This document shows, in pieces, positions 13,771-26,312 of a stretch of DNA of 64,000 bases. This stretch comes from Octopus sinensis (lineage: Eukaryota), in NCBI RefSeq assembly GCF_006345805.1, contig NC_042997.1, forward strand, positions 172,546,001 through 172,610,000, given 5' to 3'. How positions within the stretch are numbered: position 1 is the first letter of the stretch; each line of letters begins with the position of its first letter. Below the pieces are notes generated by a model, which was not told where the DNA came from, did no database searches, and was given only the letters and a program-made list of their open reading frames with translations. A program made the translations under genes and the position numbers.

Positions 13771-15703
13771 ACACACACACACTATTTCACTTTGATTCTC
13801 TTCCATCATTCTTTCTTCTATCATCCCAAAGATCTGATCCTCTTTCATCTCTCTTCGACCTGCTGGGTATGAAATAACCTTCTGAAGCTGTTAAACGGAC
13901 ACATTTTAGTTAGCTTGACAGTAATACTATCTTTCTAGTGTTGGTCACGATAAGATACATTCAGTGAATTCTGTAAAGTGATTGGTGAATGAACAAGCAC
14001 AGCATAAGATAAAAACTCTTTACACTTCTGAAAGACATGACTGCTTCTGGAGTGTTCATGGCACGATAAAATATAACCCTGTATACCCTAAAAAAAAATC
14101 ATTGACAGGAAGAAGAGTATCCAGCTGTTTTAAACATGATAAAATTGGAATATATAAACAGTTGTGGTTCCTCTGCAACTCTTGCTGGAAAAGTGAATGT
14201 AAAAACAGTGCTGATAATAAGGCAGCCTATATAGTGACAGTCAATTAATCCTCAGTAACTTCTCATTGCATTATCTTCAGTTAGTTTTGCTCTGTACACA
14301 CACAAGTGTCTTTTATGAAGCACTTACTGTTGTGTTTCTATTTCTGTGAACTTGGTTGTGATTAGATTGAATTTGTGTATTTCAGGTTTAGAATAAGGTA
14401 CACCATATCTCTGTATGTTGTAAGAGCATCTAGAAGAGGCTAACAAGAAGGGTATCCAGCTATAAAACACTGCCTCAGAAAAAAAAATTTCAGTTTTTGC
14501 CATCATAGAAAAACACTTGTAAAATGTTAAGCTTAAATTTTTGTGTTGTAATATTATTTAAGCAACAGCAGCTAAGAGCTTATGGTATTTGTATGTTATA
14601 AGAAAATACTTCTTATCAAAGACAGGAAATTGCTAGCTTCTTTAAACTTGTGTTCAGGCTAGGAAGCTGGTGGTGGTGGTGGTGGTGGTGGTGGTTAAAA
14701 CCCAGATGGCATCCTCATCCAATTTTTACTGATTTGTGGAACATTTTCTGCATTTTGCTTAGAGCTGTTTCTTGCTGATGCATCTTTGTAATAAGGTGAA
14801 ATCTGATTGAATATTTCTGTGAAGGGGCAAGGTGAGGAGAGGCTGGTTGGGTTTCTGTTAATTATGCAAACTATATCTTCATTTAGATTTCTATATATGT
14901 AGAGCTTGTTTAGTCAGAGATATGCTATTTTTAAATTCCTTAAACATGCTTATTATATCTTCTCCAAACATATCCATGCTGTTGCTATTCAAGTCATGTG
15001 AATGCTAGTCCTTTGTTCCTATATAATCCTATGGAGGGAGAAGTTTAGATACCATTAAAAGGATGACACACAACTAACTTTTACTTTTCAGCGCCATCAA
15101 AGCTACTTGTGGAGACACCAAAACATCTGCTCTTTCTTTCTTGAACAAGGCATCATCATAAAACAAAAGCTACTTTACTGGACATTATTGTAATGCAGAT
15201 GTCAAATTCATTAATAGTAGTAAATATTTTCCTGAATTCTATGTGTAATTATGTTTTTGTATTTATTCATCCAAAGTTCATGATTGAGATCCAGAGATAT
15301 AGGTAACAAAAAAAAAGATGAATCATCTTTTCGTGTCCTAAAAGATCTTATATAACAAGAAACTCTGTTATGAAGGAGAGAGCCAACAACTTCATATGAA
15401 TAACTTCTTCATGTATTGGGATCAGTAAATGCTTGTGTTGCCACCATCATCATCATTATTTTGTATTTCATTTTTTCTTTGCTAACATGGGTTAAATGGG
15501 ACATTTGGAGGCAGTGTTTTATGCCCAGATACTATTCAATCACCTCTTATAGGTTTATCACACACTGGCACATGCAGGTATCCAATGGTTTCATCTGGAG
15601 GAAGAGCTGTGTTCATAAAGCCTCAGCAGGCTCTGAGACCAGTGTATCCACATAGTTTCTGTTCTCCTGGAGCAACGACAGAGAAATCATCAACAGTATA
15701 GAT

Positions 15704-16031
15704 CAAGGGTTCTAACTATTTTTTATCTGTAGACCCCTTTGATTACTATTTTATTCTGGTAGACCCCATAGCATTCGATATTTAAAAACTACTTATATAA
15801 AAACTTCTTTCAATGTTCCTATTTTGTTTTTCTCCACATTAAATTTATGTAGGTTGGACTATGTAAAATGTTAGAGAAAGAAACTGTGCTGTTTCTTGCA
15901 ATGCACACCAATACATACATCTGAAGCAAAATTTTTAATGGGCCCTTAAAATACTATTGTGGATCCCCAATTTACTATTTCGTTGCATGGACCCCCCAAA
16001 ATTTTATATGGACTCCAGTTGAGAACCACTG
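15704..16031. mobile_element. hAT-like MITE
   Basis: CAAGGGTTCT / GAGAACCACTG TIRs with 8-bp TSD gtatagat/gtgtagat; inverted partial copy at about 16647-16845. Confidence 0.8.
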
Positions 16032-17248
16032 GTGTAGATAGTTAAGATTGTGATAATGATGAACTGAAGTAGTTTTTGAGTGAGGGAATGTGGGAGGAAT
16101 GAGTGGTTTTGAATGGCCCCTAGTTGGAGGTGGTATGAGAACAATTAATTATTTTTATGGGTGTGTACACATAGATGTATGCATATTTGTGTATTTAGAA
16201 GTATGTGTTGTATGTATAAATTAAGAGCTACGATGTTAATATGAATGATATACAACATTGTAAGTAGCAGTTATTCGGTTTTCCATACAGCAGCTGGAGG
16301 GGGTCTCTACTAGCACAGCATATCACTACTTCCTGTGGTTCTTTGTCATCTTTGTGATGTTTCACCTCCAGAGATCAGCTTTCACCATTTTTTCCCCATC
16401 TCTAGTTTCATTTTAATGCTCCATAGTTGTGTATGTGTGTATTTGTTGGTGTAAGCTATTGTCGACTTTTGTTCTTTTATGTCAGAAGTTAGCTGTTTGT
16501 AAAACAGTGATTGTACCAGAGTCAATATAACTAACTAAATGCCCTTGAAGTTGGCATCTCAGTTTGTTTGTAGTCCAGTGTTTGAAAGTATTTAACAATT
16601 ATATGTGTAAAAAGAATGTATATGTGGAGATATGTAAGTAATTATATTGCAAGAAACAGCTCAGTTTCTTTCTCTAAGATTTTACATAGTTCAACTTACA
16701 CAAGTTAATGAGTGAAAAACGTAATAGAAATTTTGAAAAAAGTATCTATAAAACTAGTTTTTAAGCATTGAATGGCTATGGGGTTCCACCAAAATAAAAT
16801 AGTAATTAAAGGGGGTCTATAGTTAAAAATGGTTGAGAACCCTTGCAAGTGGCAAAGCAAGCATCACTAGTGCTGGTGAAGTGATTGACATTAGAAAGGG
16901 CATCTGACCGTAGAAATTGGTGGATAACACAGTCTTTGGGTGTTAAATGATAATGTTGATGACAACAAGGATATACACAAACATTCTTGAATATAAGATT
17001 TATGCAAGTTTTCTTTATCATACTAGCTGCGAAGCTTCCCGAAGGGCAGCATTCATGTTAGTTCCACTATTGGGCCCGCCTTGTGGCCCTCTATCCTTGT
17101 GTAACTTGATTTGAATGTACATGAAGATATTTCAAATGCCCAAACTTATTTCTGCGAATGTGCTAAGCACTGATGCTGATCATAGTTTAATCAATATGTG
17201 TGGAAGCAAGGTAAATGCAGTAAAGTAGTGGGGTCAGTGGACCCCCAT

Positions 17249-17476
17249 TTAACCCTTTTGTTACTGTATTTATTTTGAGATGCTCTGTGTTTCTTTCAAT
17301 TATTTTAAATATAACAAAGAATTTAGTAAAACAACTTAGTTATCATTAAGCTAGTGTGTGGAACATAAATTTAGACTAAGGCTTGGTGGAAGATTTTAAT
17401 TCAAAACCTATGAAAACAAGACATTTTACCACAGAGCCAGAGCCGGTTTTGGCCGGGTTAGTAACAAAAGGGTTAA
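17249..17476. mobile_element. piggyBac-like MITE (same family as 2763-2986, opposite orientation)
   Basis: TTAA TSDs with CCCTTTTGTTACT / AGTAACAAAAGGG TIRs. Confidence 0.85.
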
Positions 17477-18395
17477 GCGGCCCTTCAGAAATTGAACCTC
17501 CTTACGATACTCCCTGGGAGTTCATAGTATGAAATTTATTGTCATTGCTCTGATTTGGTTGCCATTGCCATGTATTTAGTTTAAAATGCAGTAAAAATAG
17601 TGGTGGTTGGTGGGGCTCCAATTAGGTGGCCTTTAAGAAAATAGACCCCTTAGAACATTCCCTGAGATTCAGAGAGTTGCTGGTTTGAGTTTCATTTTCC
17701 TTGAACCAACAGTCTAGGAGTTAACAATAATAAAAATGTAACGGACAGAGAAACATCACTCAGATTTATTATAGGATGTGTAATGATTTCTGTATAAATT
17801 GTCTGGCATTTTCTTTATTATATCCGATGTATTTTGAGTATAATTTCTTAATACATAAATCTGTCTCCTGATTTCAGCACTTGTAACAAAGAGAAGCTGT
17901 AAGTCAGCTTCTATACAGCAAGAGAATACAAACTGTAAGTGCTTATGTTCTATATATTGTATATGCGCACACACTTACACACACTCACAATACTATATAC
18001 ACACATACTTTCATACACACAGACTCACAATAATATATACAGTTATGCAATATTATATACAATTAACCCCCTGTTTTTTCTCCTTTAAAATTTAATGGAT
18101 TTTGGATTTCATAGACTGAAAAATAATAATAATAATCATTATGATGACGATCACAACTATAGGTACAAGGCTTAAAATTTAAAAAGAGGGGATAAATTGA
18201 TTACATCGACCTCAGTGCGTAACTGGTACTTAATTTTTTGACCCCGAAAGGATGAAAGGCAACATCGACCTCAGCGGAATTCGAACACAAAACATAGTGA
18301 CAGGCAAAATACTGCTAAGCATTTCACCCAATGTGCTAATGATTCTGTCAGTTCACCACCTTAATAATGATGATGATATTAATTATAATAATAAT

Positions 18396-19430
18396 GTACC
18401 AAGAAAAAGTGGGGGAAGAGGACTTATTGGATGCGAACACAGTATTAGAGCAGAAGAAAACAACATAGCATGGTATGTAAAAAATGCCACAGAACTGCTA
18501 TTGTTAGAAGTAAGAAGATCAGGCTCATGTAGGATGGAAGATTGCAAAGATAAAGCACTATACAAGAAATTGAAAATGAATGAAACGGAAAATAGGTGGA
18601 TAAAGAAAAGAATGCATGGTCAATTTCATAGAGATGTTGAAAATAAGACAGACAGAAAAAAAGATGGCTGTGTCTGACTAAAAGTGATTTAAAACCGGAA
18701 ACGGAGGCTCTAATCTGTGCTGCCCAAGAGCAAGCACTAAGAACAAATTACATAAAATACAGAATAGACAACGCAGCAGAAAGTGATATCTGTGGACAAA
18801 ACGGTGAAACCATATGGCATATTACCAGCCAATGTACACCACTAGCCCAGAAGGTGTATAAGAGATGCCACGACAATATAGCCAGGCTTGTCTATTGGAC
18901 ATTCTGCAACAAGTATGGACTTGACAGAGCAAAAATTGGTATGATCACAAACCTGAAGGCATCGTCAAAAATAGAAGTGCAAAGATCCTATGAGATTTTA
19001 TGATTCAGTGCGACCATGAGATAGAGAATAGGGAGCCAGACATAGTCTAAATTGAAAAAGAAAACAAACAATGCTGTATCATAGATGTAGCATGCCCAGC
19101 TGACAATAAGATATGCGATAAGGGAGAAAGAAAAGTCAATAGATATGACAGGTTAGCTTGGGAAGTTAAGCAGTTGTGATCAATGAAAAAGGCAGCAGTA
19201 ATGCCAATAATTGTCGGAGCCCTGGGAACAGTGAGCAAAAATCTCGAGAAGTATGTGGAACAAATAGGGGCTGCAATAAGGGTAGAGCACTTGCAGAAAA
19301 CAGCACTGCTTGGAACTGCTCGAATTCTCCGTAAGGTGCTCGAAAAATAAGAGGTGTTACCTTAGTTCACTGGTACAGTGGACAGGTGACACTGTAGTAC
19401 ATCTCCAGCATTAGAAGCTGTGCAAGGGCA
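18396..19430 (+). mobile_element. 5'-truncated RLE-type non-LTR retrotransposon (R4/Dong-like), degenerate
   Basis: PRKSGGRGL, MHGQF, AAQEQAL, ICG..ETIWHITSQC knuckle, PDIV..IIDVACP endonuclease, GTARILRKVL*. Flanked by (TAA)n on both sides. Confidence 0.88.
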
Positions 19431-19667
19431 ATGATAATAATAATCATTTCTACTACAGGCACAAGGCTTGAAATTTGGAGAGAGGGGTTAAGTTGATTAC
19501 ATCCACCCCAATACTCAACTAGTACTTAATTTATCGACCCTGAAAGGATGGAAAGCAAAGTCAACCTCGGCAGAATATGAAATCAGAACATAAAGACAGG
19601 TGAAATACTGCTAAGCATTTTGCCCAGCATACTAATGATTCTGCCACTCACCGCCTTAATAATAATG

Positions 19668-20000
19668 ATCATCATCATCATCATCATCATCATTTAGCGT
19701 CCGTTTTCCATGCTAGCATGGGTTGGACGGTTCAACTGGGGTCTGGGGAGCCCGAAGGCTGCACCAGGCCAGTCAGATCTGGCAGTGTTTCTACAGCTGG
19801 ATGCCCTTCCTAACGCCAACCACTCCGAGAGTGTAGTGGGTGATTTTATGTGCCACCGACACAGGTGCCAGTCGAGGCTGGCGAACGGCCACGCTCGGAT
19901 GGTGTTTTTATGTGCCACCGACACAGGTGCCAGATGAGGCTGGCGGACGGCCACGATCGGATGGAGTTTGTTACGTCCGTGCCACCGACACAGGTGCCAG
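19668..20000 (-). mobile_element. Short element carrying the RTE 3' tail with about 60-nt internal tandem units
   Basis: (CAT)n plus ttttccatgctagcatgggttggacgg tail shared with the RTE; gtgccaccgacacaggtgccag occurs three times. Similar copies at 5805-6079 and 7727-8020 (+). Confidence 0.8.
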
Positions 20001-20105
20001 AATAATAGTAAGAAGATAGGGATAATGATGAGGAGGAGGGTTTTCAGCACTTGAAGGCTTACTGAAATCATGGATTCCAAGAATAAGACCACTTTTGAGT
20101 CAAGT

Positions 20106-20107
<2 letters not shown>

Positions 20108-20160
<53 letters not shown>
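20108..20160. repeat. (TAG)n microsatellite
   Basis: Seen directly. Confidence 0.95.
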
Positions 20161-20161
<1 letters not shown>

Positions 20162-20777
20162 TTGAATTTTTGGCACAAGGCCAGCAATTTGGGGAAGGGG
20201 ATAGTTGATTACATTGACCCCAGTACTCAACTGGTATTTATTTTATTGACCCCAAAAGGATGAAAGGTAAATTTGACCTCGGTGGAATTTGAACTCAGAA
20301 TGTAGTGATAGGTGAAATACTGCTAAGCATTTCATCCAGCTTGCTAACAATTCTGCCACCTTGTTGCCTTAATAATAATAGTAATAATAATAACAATAAC
20401 AACTCCAACAACCACAACAACAATAATATTATAATGTTTACTAATGAATTATGTATTTAAGCTTTTTTTTCTTTGCATTATTAAAAGTAATAGAAAGACT
20501 GGTTCTAGTTTCCCTTACCTAAAATCACTTTCTCTCTCCTGTTCTACTTCCAATCGCAGGGGCTCTTTTGGCTCCTTAGTCTTTCATCATGGTATAAGTA
20601 CCTTGCAGATTATGAAAGCACCCAGTACACTCTGTGCATTGGTTGGCATTAGGAAGTGCATCCAGCCTTAGACGTCATACCAAAATTGAGACATTGGAGT
20701 GTGGCATGGTCCTCTCTCTGTCATTGGATCCAGCTGATTCTCGTGCTAATAGAAAAAGTGGATGTACAATGATGATG

Positions 20778-20887
<110 letters not shown>

Positions 20888-21100
20888 TACACCTTCTAGG
20901 TTTGTTCAATGTTTTAAGTCAAGCTTGCAGTTGTTTTTGTTAACTGAATATACTGAATGGTGTAGTTAAAACAAAATTTCTCATTAAACATCAAATAATT
21001 AATATTTGTCTATTTTACAACTTGATCTTTTGTGTGGTAAGAATTCATAATAATTTCAATACCATCTACAAAAGAATATGTGTGTGTATGTATGTATGTA

Positions 21101-21134
<34 letters not shown>

Positions 21135-21866
21135 CATATACACACACACACACTATATACATATATATACACACAAAGAAATATATATACACACACATAC
21201 ACTTGGTGTTAATCTGTCAAATAAAACAAAAGCCATGCAGTAATAATATTGATCAGTCATTCTTTAGAATGTCTGTCCACAAAACAATGCAAAGTTCTCT
21301 CTCATTCTTTCCAAAGCAGACAGAACCAACCAAGTTCTTGAGTATAAAACAGTGCATTCATCGAATGTTTTTTGCTGGAAAAATCTGTACATATGTGCTA
21401 TAAAGTATCTGAACTTCTTGAGGTCATTTAGAAATATAGATTGGACAATATAATTTGACAGTGTATGTGTTGTATATATGTGTGTGTGTTTGTGTGTGTC
21501 TGCTCTGTATTGCTTCTACAGAGTTTAATAATAAAATGAGCCAATTAAAATGGTTTGTTCAGAAAATAAAGTTAACTGGAGTTAATGTACTTTTTTTTTT
21601 TTTTTACTTTTGTTCTTCTGGTTATTAAGCTACTGCTAAAGATACTAATTCTCAAAGTATAGAAATCACAATTTTAGCTTACTTTTATCTGGTTTTTATC
21701 TGTTATTTTGTTTTTGTTTTTGTCTGTGTGTTGGTGTATATATTATGTATATGTATGTGCCTGTATTTATATAAATGTATGTATATATGGCTGCTATATA
21801 TACATATATGAACATATGCCTGTGAACTTACATTTATGTTTTTGCATTTATATATGTGTGTGTCTG

Positions 21867-21902
<36 letters not shown>

Positions 21903-22245
21903 ATATATACATACATACATACATACATATGTTTATGAAGCTTTGCGTGTGTGTGCTTTTATTTATTGATTGATTGATTCTTCACTGACTGGAGCATAGA
22001 TCAATAGCCATTTTAATGATGTTTCTTAGGTGGCCATCTCTTCTACACATCTTTCTCCTCAATAAAAAAAAAAGGTTAACAAGATCTATTATTTGAATTT
22101 TTTTCAAGTCTCTTTCTCTGTCTGTCCGTCTCTCTCTCTCTCTCTCTCTCTCTCTGCACACTGACACACACACACATATACACATATATGTGTATACTTT
22201 CTGCATAGTATATTTGTTATTTTTTTTTTCTATTTGATTGTCCAG

Positions 22246-22382
22246 CCAACCAGATAGGTGCTGACAGCAAACAGGATGGGCCTGCCTCCAAACCTGCCAG
22301 TACTGACTGGCGAAAGCGAGTTCGTGGCGAGTACATGCGCCTTTGTCAAGTGAAGCGGTTTAAAAGAAATGATGAGGTTCGG
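22246..22382 (+). CDS. EZH2: E(z)/EZH2 exon: N-terminal SBD region (xNQIGADSKQDGPASKPASTDWRKRVRGEYMRLCQVKRFKRNDEVR)
   Basis: Poly-T tract then tccag acceptor; gtaagt donor at 22383. WRKRVRGEYMRL..KRF..DEV matches human EZH2 [25 protein letters not shown]. Enters in phase 1 with no in-frame ATG before W. Confidence 0.92.
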
Positions 22383-24173
22383 GTAAGTGTGGACAATTCA
22401 TATACTGTGTCTATGACAGAAAATTGTGTGTGCATATGCAAATGTATGGCAGAATCAGCAGGAGTACCAGACAAAATACCTTGTGGTATTTATATTCTTC
22501 AGTCAGATACTCACTGAGTTCTTTTTTTTTTATTGAGTAGTCATGTAGTAACTCTACAGCAAAAAAACTTGTCCTGTTTTGGTGTGTTCTTTCATAGTTT
22601 TACCCGTCTTTTGACATAAAGTTGCCCTTTTGGGGTTCATAATCTTGCAAACTGCATAACGGCCTCACCAGTGCTGGTGGTATGAAAAAAGCACCCAGTA
22701 GATGCTGTAAAATGGTTGACATTAGGGATGGCAGCCCGCTGAAGAAACAATGCTAAAGCAGACACAGGAGCACAATGCAGTCCTTGGACCCATCAGATCC
22801 TGTTAAACTTCCCAACCCATACCAACATGGAACATGGGCATTAAATGTATGATGATGATGATGACAATAATGATGACCACAATCTTTCTTCCCCTGAGAC
22901 AGCTAAAATAAATATACCAGGATTGATGTAATTGACTGTACTCTAGAAGTAGGTGCCCCAGCATGGCTACAGTCCGATGGAAATTACAGGATTGACTTGT
23001 TTCTTCTGTTAATTGCTTAGCTGTATCCAAGTATGAAACCCAAGTTTGATGCTTGTATGTCATCATCATCATCGTTTAACGTCCATTTTCCATGTTAGCA
23101 TGGGTTGGACAGTTCGACCTGGATCTGGGAAGCCAGGAGGCTGCATCAAGCTCCAGTCTGATCTGGCAGTGTTTCTACAGCTGGATGCCCTTCCTAACAA
23201 CAAATACTCTGTGAGTGTAGTGGGTATAAAGAATATATCAGTATATGCACTTAAACCTACATTTGTACTGAATTACTCCTTTTTTTTCATTTGCGTAAAT
23301 TCTTTTGTGTGTGTGATATTAAGATAGAACAAAGAGATCAGATTAATCAGTCGATTACATCAACTCCAGTAATTGAATGGTACTGTATTTTTAATTGACT
23401 TCGAAAGGATGAAAGGCAAAGCCAACCTTGGCATAATTTGAATTCAGAACATAAAGAGCTGGATGAAATGCCACTAAGCATTTTGCTCAACATGCTAACA
23501 GCTCACCACTTTTAACAATAATAAACAAGAACACTGAGAGAGCACAAACCTCCGCCAAAGCAACACCAACATCCTCTCAATGATTAGCCAGAGATGATTT
23601 TTAAAATGAAAATATCTGAAATAAACTCGACTGCTCTCACAAATGAGAAAACTAAAAATGAACCTGACCGCTCTCAAAAATTAAGTAAAAAGAAAAATAA
23701 TCTAGAATCCTTGTCTTGTACCCGATTGATCCCAAAATAAATCAGTTCATGCCAGTCATGAGGTCTCCCTGAAAGTTTCATCCAAATCCATCCAGCGGTT
23801 CTTGAGATATCTTGTCCACGGACAAACAAACAAACATACAAATGCAACTGAAAACAGTACCTCTGCCTTTACTAAGGTGGTGGTAATACATCAATGAGAA
23901 TCAATGTAGAAGCCTTTACCGGAGTGTTCGACCTACTAGAAATAGCAATGAAATTTTCTTCAGACCACTCTTGACTATCATTGAAAATGAGTGAAACAAA
24001 GAACCAGAGCAGTTGCTCTGGTATTTCTTTTACTAACATTGGAATGATGAAAGGCAGTGTTGACCTCAGGAAGATTTGAACTCATAGCACTGAGACCCAG
24101 AACAGATATTGCAAGACACTGTAGGAGCTTGTTGTGAAAGCATGTGGGTTTTTGGGCTCTGTCCTACTGCTTT

Positions 24174-26312
24174 CATCATCATCATCGTTTAACGTCCGTT
24201 CTCCATGCTAGCATGGGTTGGACGGTTCGACCGGGGTTCTGGGAAGCCAGAAGGCTGCACCAGGCCCCAGTCTAATCTGGCAATGTTTCTACAGCTGGAT
24301 GCCCTTCCTAACGCCAACCACTCCGTGAGTGTAGTGGGTGCTTTTTACGTGCCACTTGCACAGGTGCCAGGCGAGGCTGGCAACGGCCACGGTCAGATTG
24401 GTGTATTTTATGTGCCACCGGCACGGAAGCCAGTCGAGGCGGTGCTGGCATCGGCCACGAGTCAGATAGTGCCTTTTATGTACCACCAGACCAGGGATCC
24501 TGGCTGGTTCAATTCGATTTCGATTTCGCTTGCCCCAACATGTCTTCACAAGCAAAGGGGGTTGGCATGGGTGCCTGTCGTACGGTCGCATTGGAGTATT
24601 TTACGTGCCACGGCCACGAGTCGGATAGTGCTTTTTACGTACCACCAGACCAGGGATCCTGGCTGGTTCAATTCTATTTCGATTTCGATTTCGCTTGCCC
24701 CAACATGTCTTCATAAGCAAAGGGGGTTGGCATGGGTGCCTGTCGTACGGTCGCATTGGAGTATTTTACGTGCCACGGCCACAAGTCGGATAGTGCTTTT
24801 TACGTACCACCAGGCCAGGGATCCTGGCTGGTTCAATTCGGTTTCGCTTGCCCCAACATGTCTTCGCAAGCATAGGGGGTTGGCATGGGTGTCTGTCGTC
24901 GGATGAGGTTCTATATCGACTTCGCTTGCCTCAACAGGTCTTTGTGTCCAAGGGAGGAAAGGCATTCATAAGTGGGCTGGGCTCACTTGTCCTGCCTGGT
25001 CTTCTCACGTACAGAATATTTCCAAAGGTCTCGGTCGCTGGTCATTTCCTCAGTGATGCCTAAAGTTCGAAGGTCGTGCTTCACCACCTCGTCCCAGGTT
25101 TTCCTGGGTCTACCTCTTCCACGGGTTCCCTCAACTGCTAGGGATTGGCACTTTCTCACACACCTATCTTCATCCATTCTCGCCACATGACCATACCAGC
25201 GCAATCGTCTCTCTTGCACACCACAACTGATGCTTCTTAGGTACAACATTTCTCTCAAGGTGCTAACGCTCTGTCGAGTATGTACACTGACATTACACAT
25301 CCATCGGAGCATACTGGCTTCATTCCTCACGAGCTTACGCATGTCCTCAGCAGTCACAGCCCATGTTTCGCTGCCATGTAGCATGGCTGTTCGTACACAC
25401 GCATCATACAGTCTGCCTTTTACTCTGAGCGAGAGGCCTTTAGTCACCAGCAGAGGTAAGAGCTCCCTAAACTTTGCCCAGGCTATTCTTATTCTAGCAG
25501 TTACACTTTCAGCGCACCCACCCCCACTACTGACTTGGTCACCTAGATAACGGAAGCTATCAACTACTTCTAGTTTTTCCCCCTGGAAAGTGACGGAAGT
25601 TGTTTTCTGCAGATTTTCGGAGGTTAATGCTCCCGAGCATCTGCCACATACAAAAACTATCTTCCCAGTTAGCCTACCTTTGACATTGCTGCACCTCTTA
25701 TGTGTCCATAGCTTACACTGGGTACATCTTATAGAGTTTCTACCTACACCTTTTCTACAGATCGAGCAGGGCCATCTTCCTGAAGATATTTGTGGATTGT
25801 CTACCTTCCTACTTATTAGTACTTTGGTTTTAGCTAGGTTGACTCTAAGGCCCCTTGATTCTAAACCCTCCTTCCACACCTGGAACTTCTCCTCCAGTTC
25901 TGATAGTGACTCAGCAATAAGAGCAAGGTCGTCAGCGTAGAGGAGCTCCCAGGGACAGCCTGTCTTGAATTCCTCCGTAATTGCCTGGAGTACTATGATA
26001 AATAGGAGGGGGCTGAGTACTGAACCCTGGTGGACCCCAACCTCTACTTTGAATTCTTCTGTGTACATGTTGCCAACCCTAACCTTACTTACGGCATCTC
26101 TGTACATGGCTTGCACAGTCCTCACCAGCCATTCATCTATCCCTAGTTTCCTCATTGACCACCAGATAAGGGATCGGGGGACCCTATCAAAAGCTTTCTC
26201 CATGTCAACGAAAGCCAGGTACAGGGGCTTATCTTTGGAGTACAGGGGCTTATCTTTGGTACAGGGGTTTATCTTTGGGGTACAGGGGCTTATCTTTGGG
26301 GTACAGGGGCTT
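24174..26312 (-). mobile_element. 5'-truncated RTE-clade LINE with (GAT)n tail and tandem-repeated 3' UTR
   Basis: Uninterrupted RT frame (DMEKAFD, GVHQGSVLSP, YADD, FRYLG, RRLRWYGHV, RGRGRPRKTW). 3' UTR contains about 160-nt repeats; catcatcat tail at 24174. Confidence 0.95.
24983..26203 (-). CDS. RTE reverse transcriptase, C-terminal 406 aa, with embedded C4HC3 PHD-like finger (5' truncated, endonuclease absent)
   Basis: ORF track 406 aa with RT motifs; CSIC-x-CTQC-x4-HKRC-x-CGRC at about 25637-25768. Confidence 0.9.
   Translation of the reverse strand: MEKAFDRVPRSLIWWSMRKLGIDEWLVRTVQAMYRDAVSKVRVGNMYTEEFKVEVGVHQGSVLSPLLFIIVLQAITEEFKTGCPWELLYADDLALIAESLSELEEKFQVWKEGLESRGLRVNLAKTKVLISRKVDNPQISSGRWPCSICRKGVGRNSIRCTQCKLWTHKRCSNVKGRLTGKIVFVCGRCSGALTSENLQKTTSVTFQGEKLEVVDSFRYLGDQVSSGGGCAESVTARIRIAWAKFRELLPLLVTKGLSLRVKGRLYDACVRTAMLHGSETWAVTAEDMRKLVRNEASMLRWMCNVSVHTRQSVSTLREMLYLRSISCGVQERRLRWYGHVARMDEDRCVRKCQSLAVEGTRGRGRPRKTWDEVVKHDLRTLGITEEMTSDRDLWKYSVREKTRQDK

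Noticed and set aside
13310-13877. Cluster of ORFs here and at 20634-22206 and 50124-51494
   Set aside because: Translations of CT/CA/TA microsatellites and low-complexity DNA.
17023-17776. Possible second Helitron enclosing the piggyBac MITE
   Set aside because: CTAG end and hairpin are suggestive, but the other terminus is uncertain, so it is not listed as a feature.
24205-24906. 233-aa and 235-aa ORFs (also 57784-58491)
   Set aside because: Antisense frames through the tandem-repeated LINE 3' UTR; no protein features.
26219-26312. CRISPR-like or regulatory direct repeats
   Set aside because: No spacers, eukaryotic context; the units derive from the LINE.
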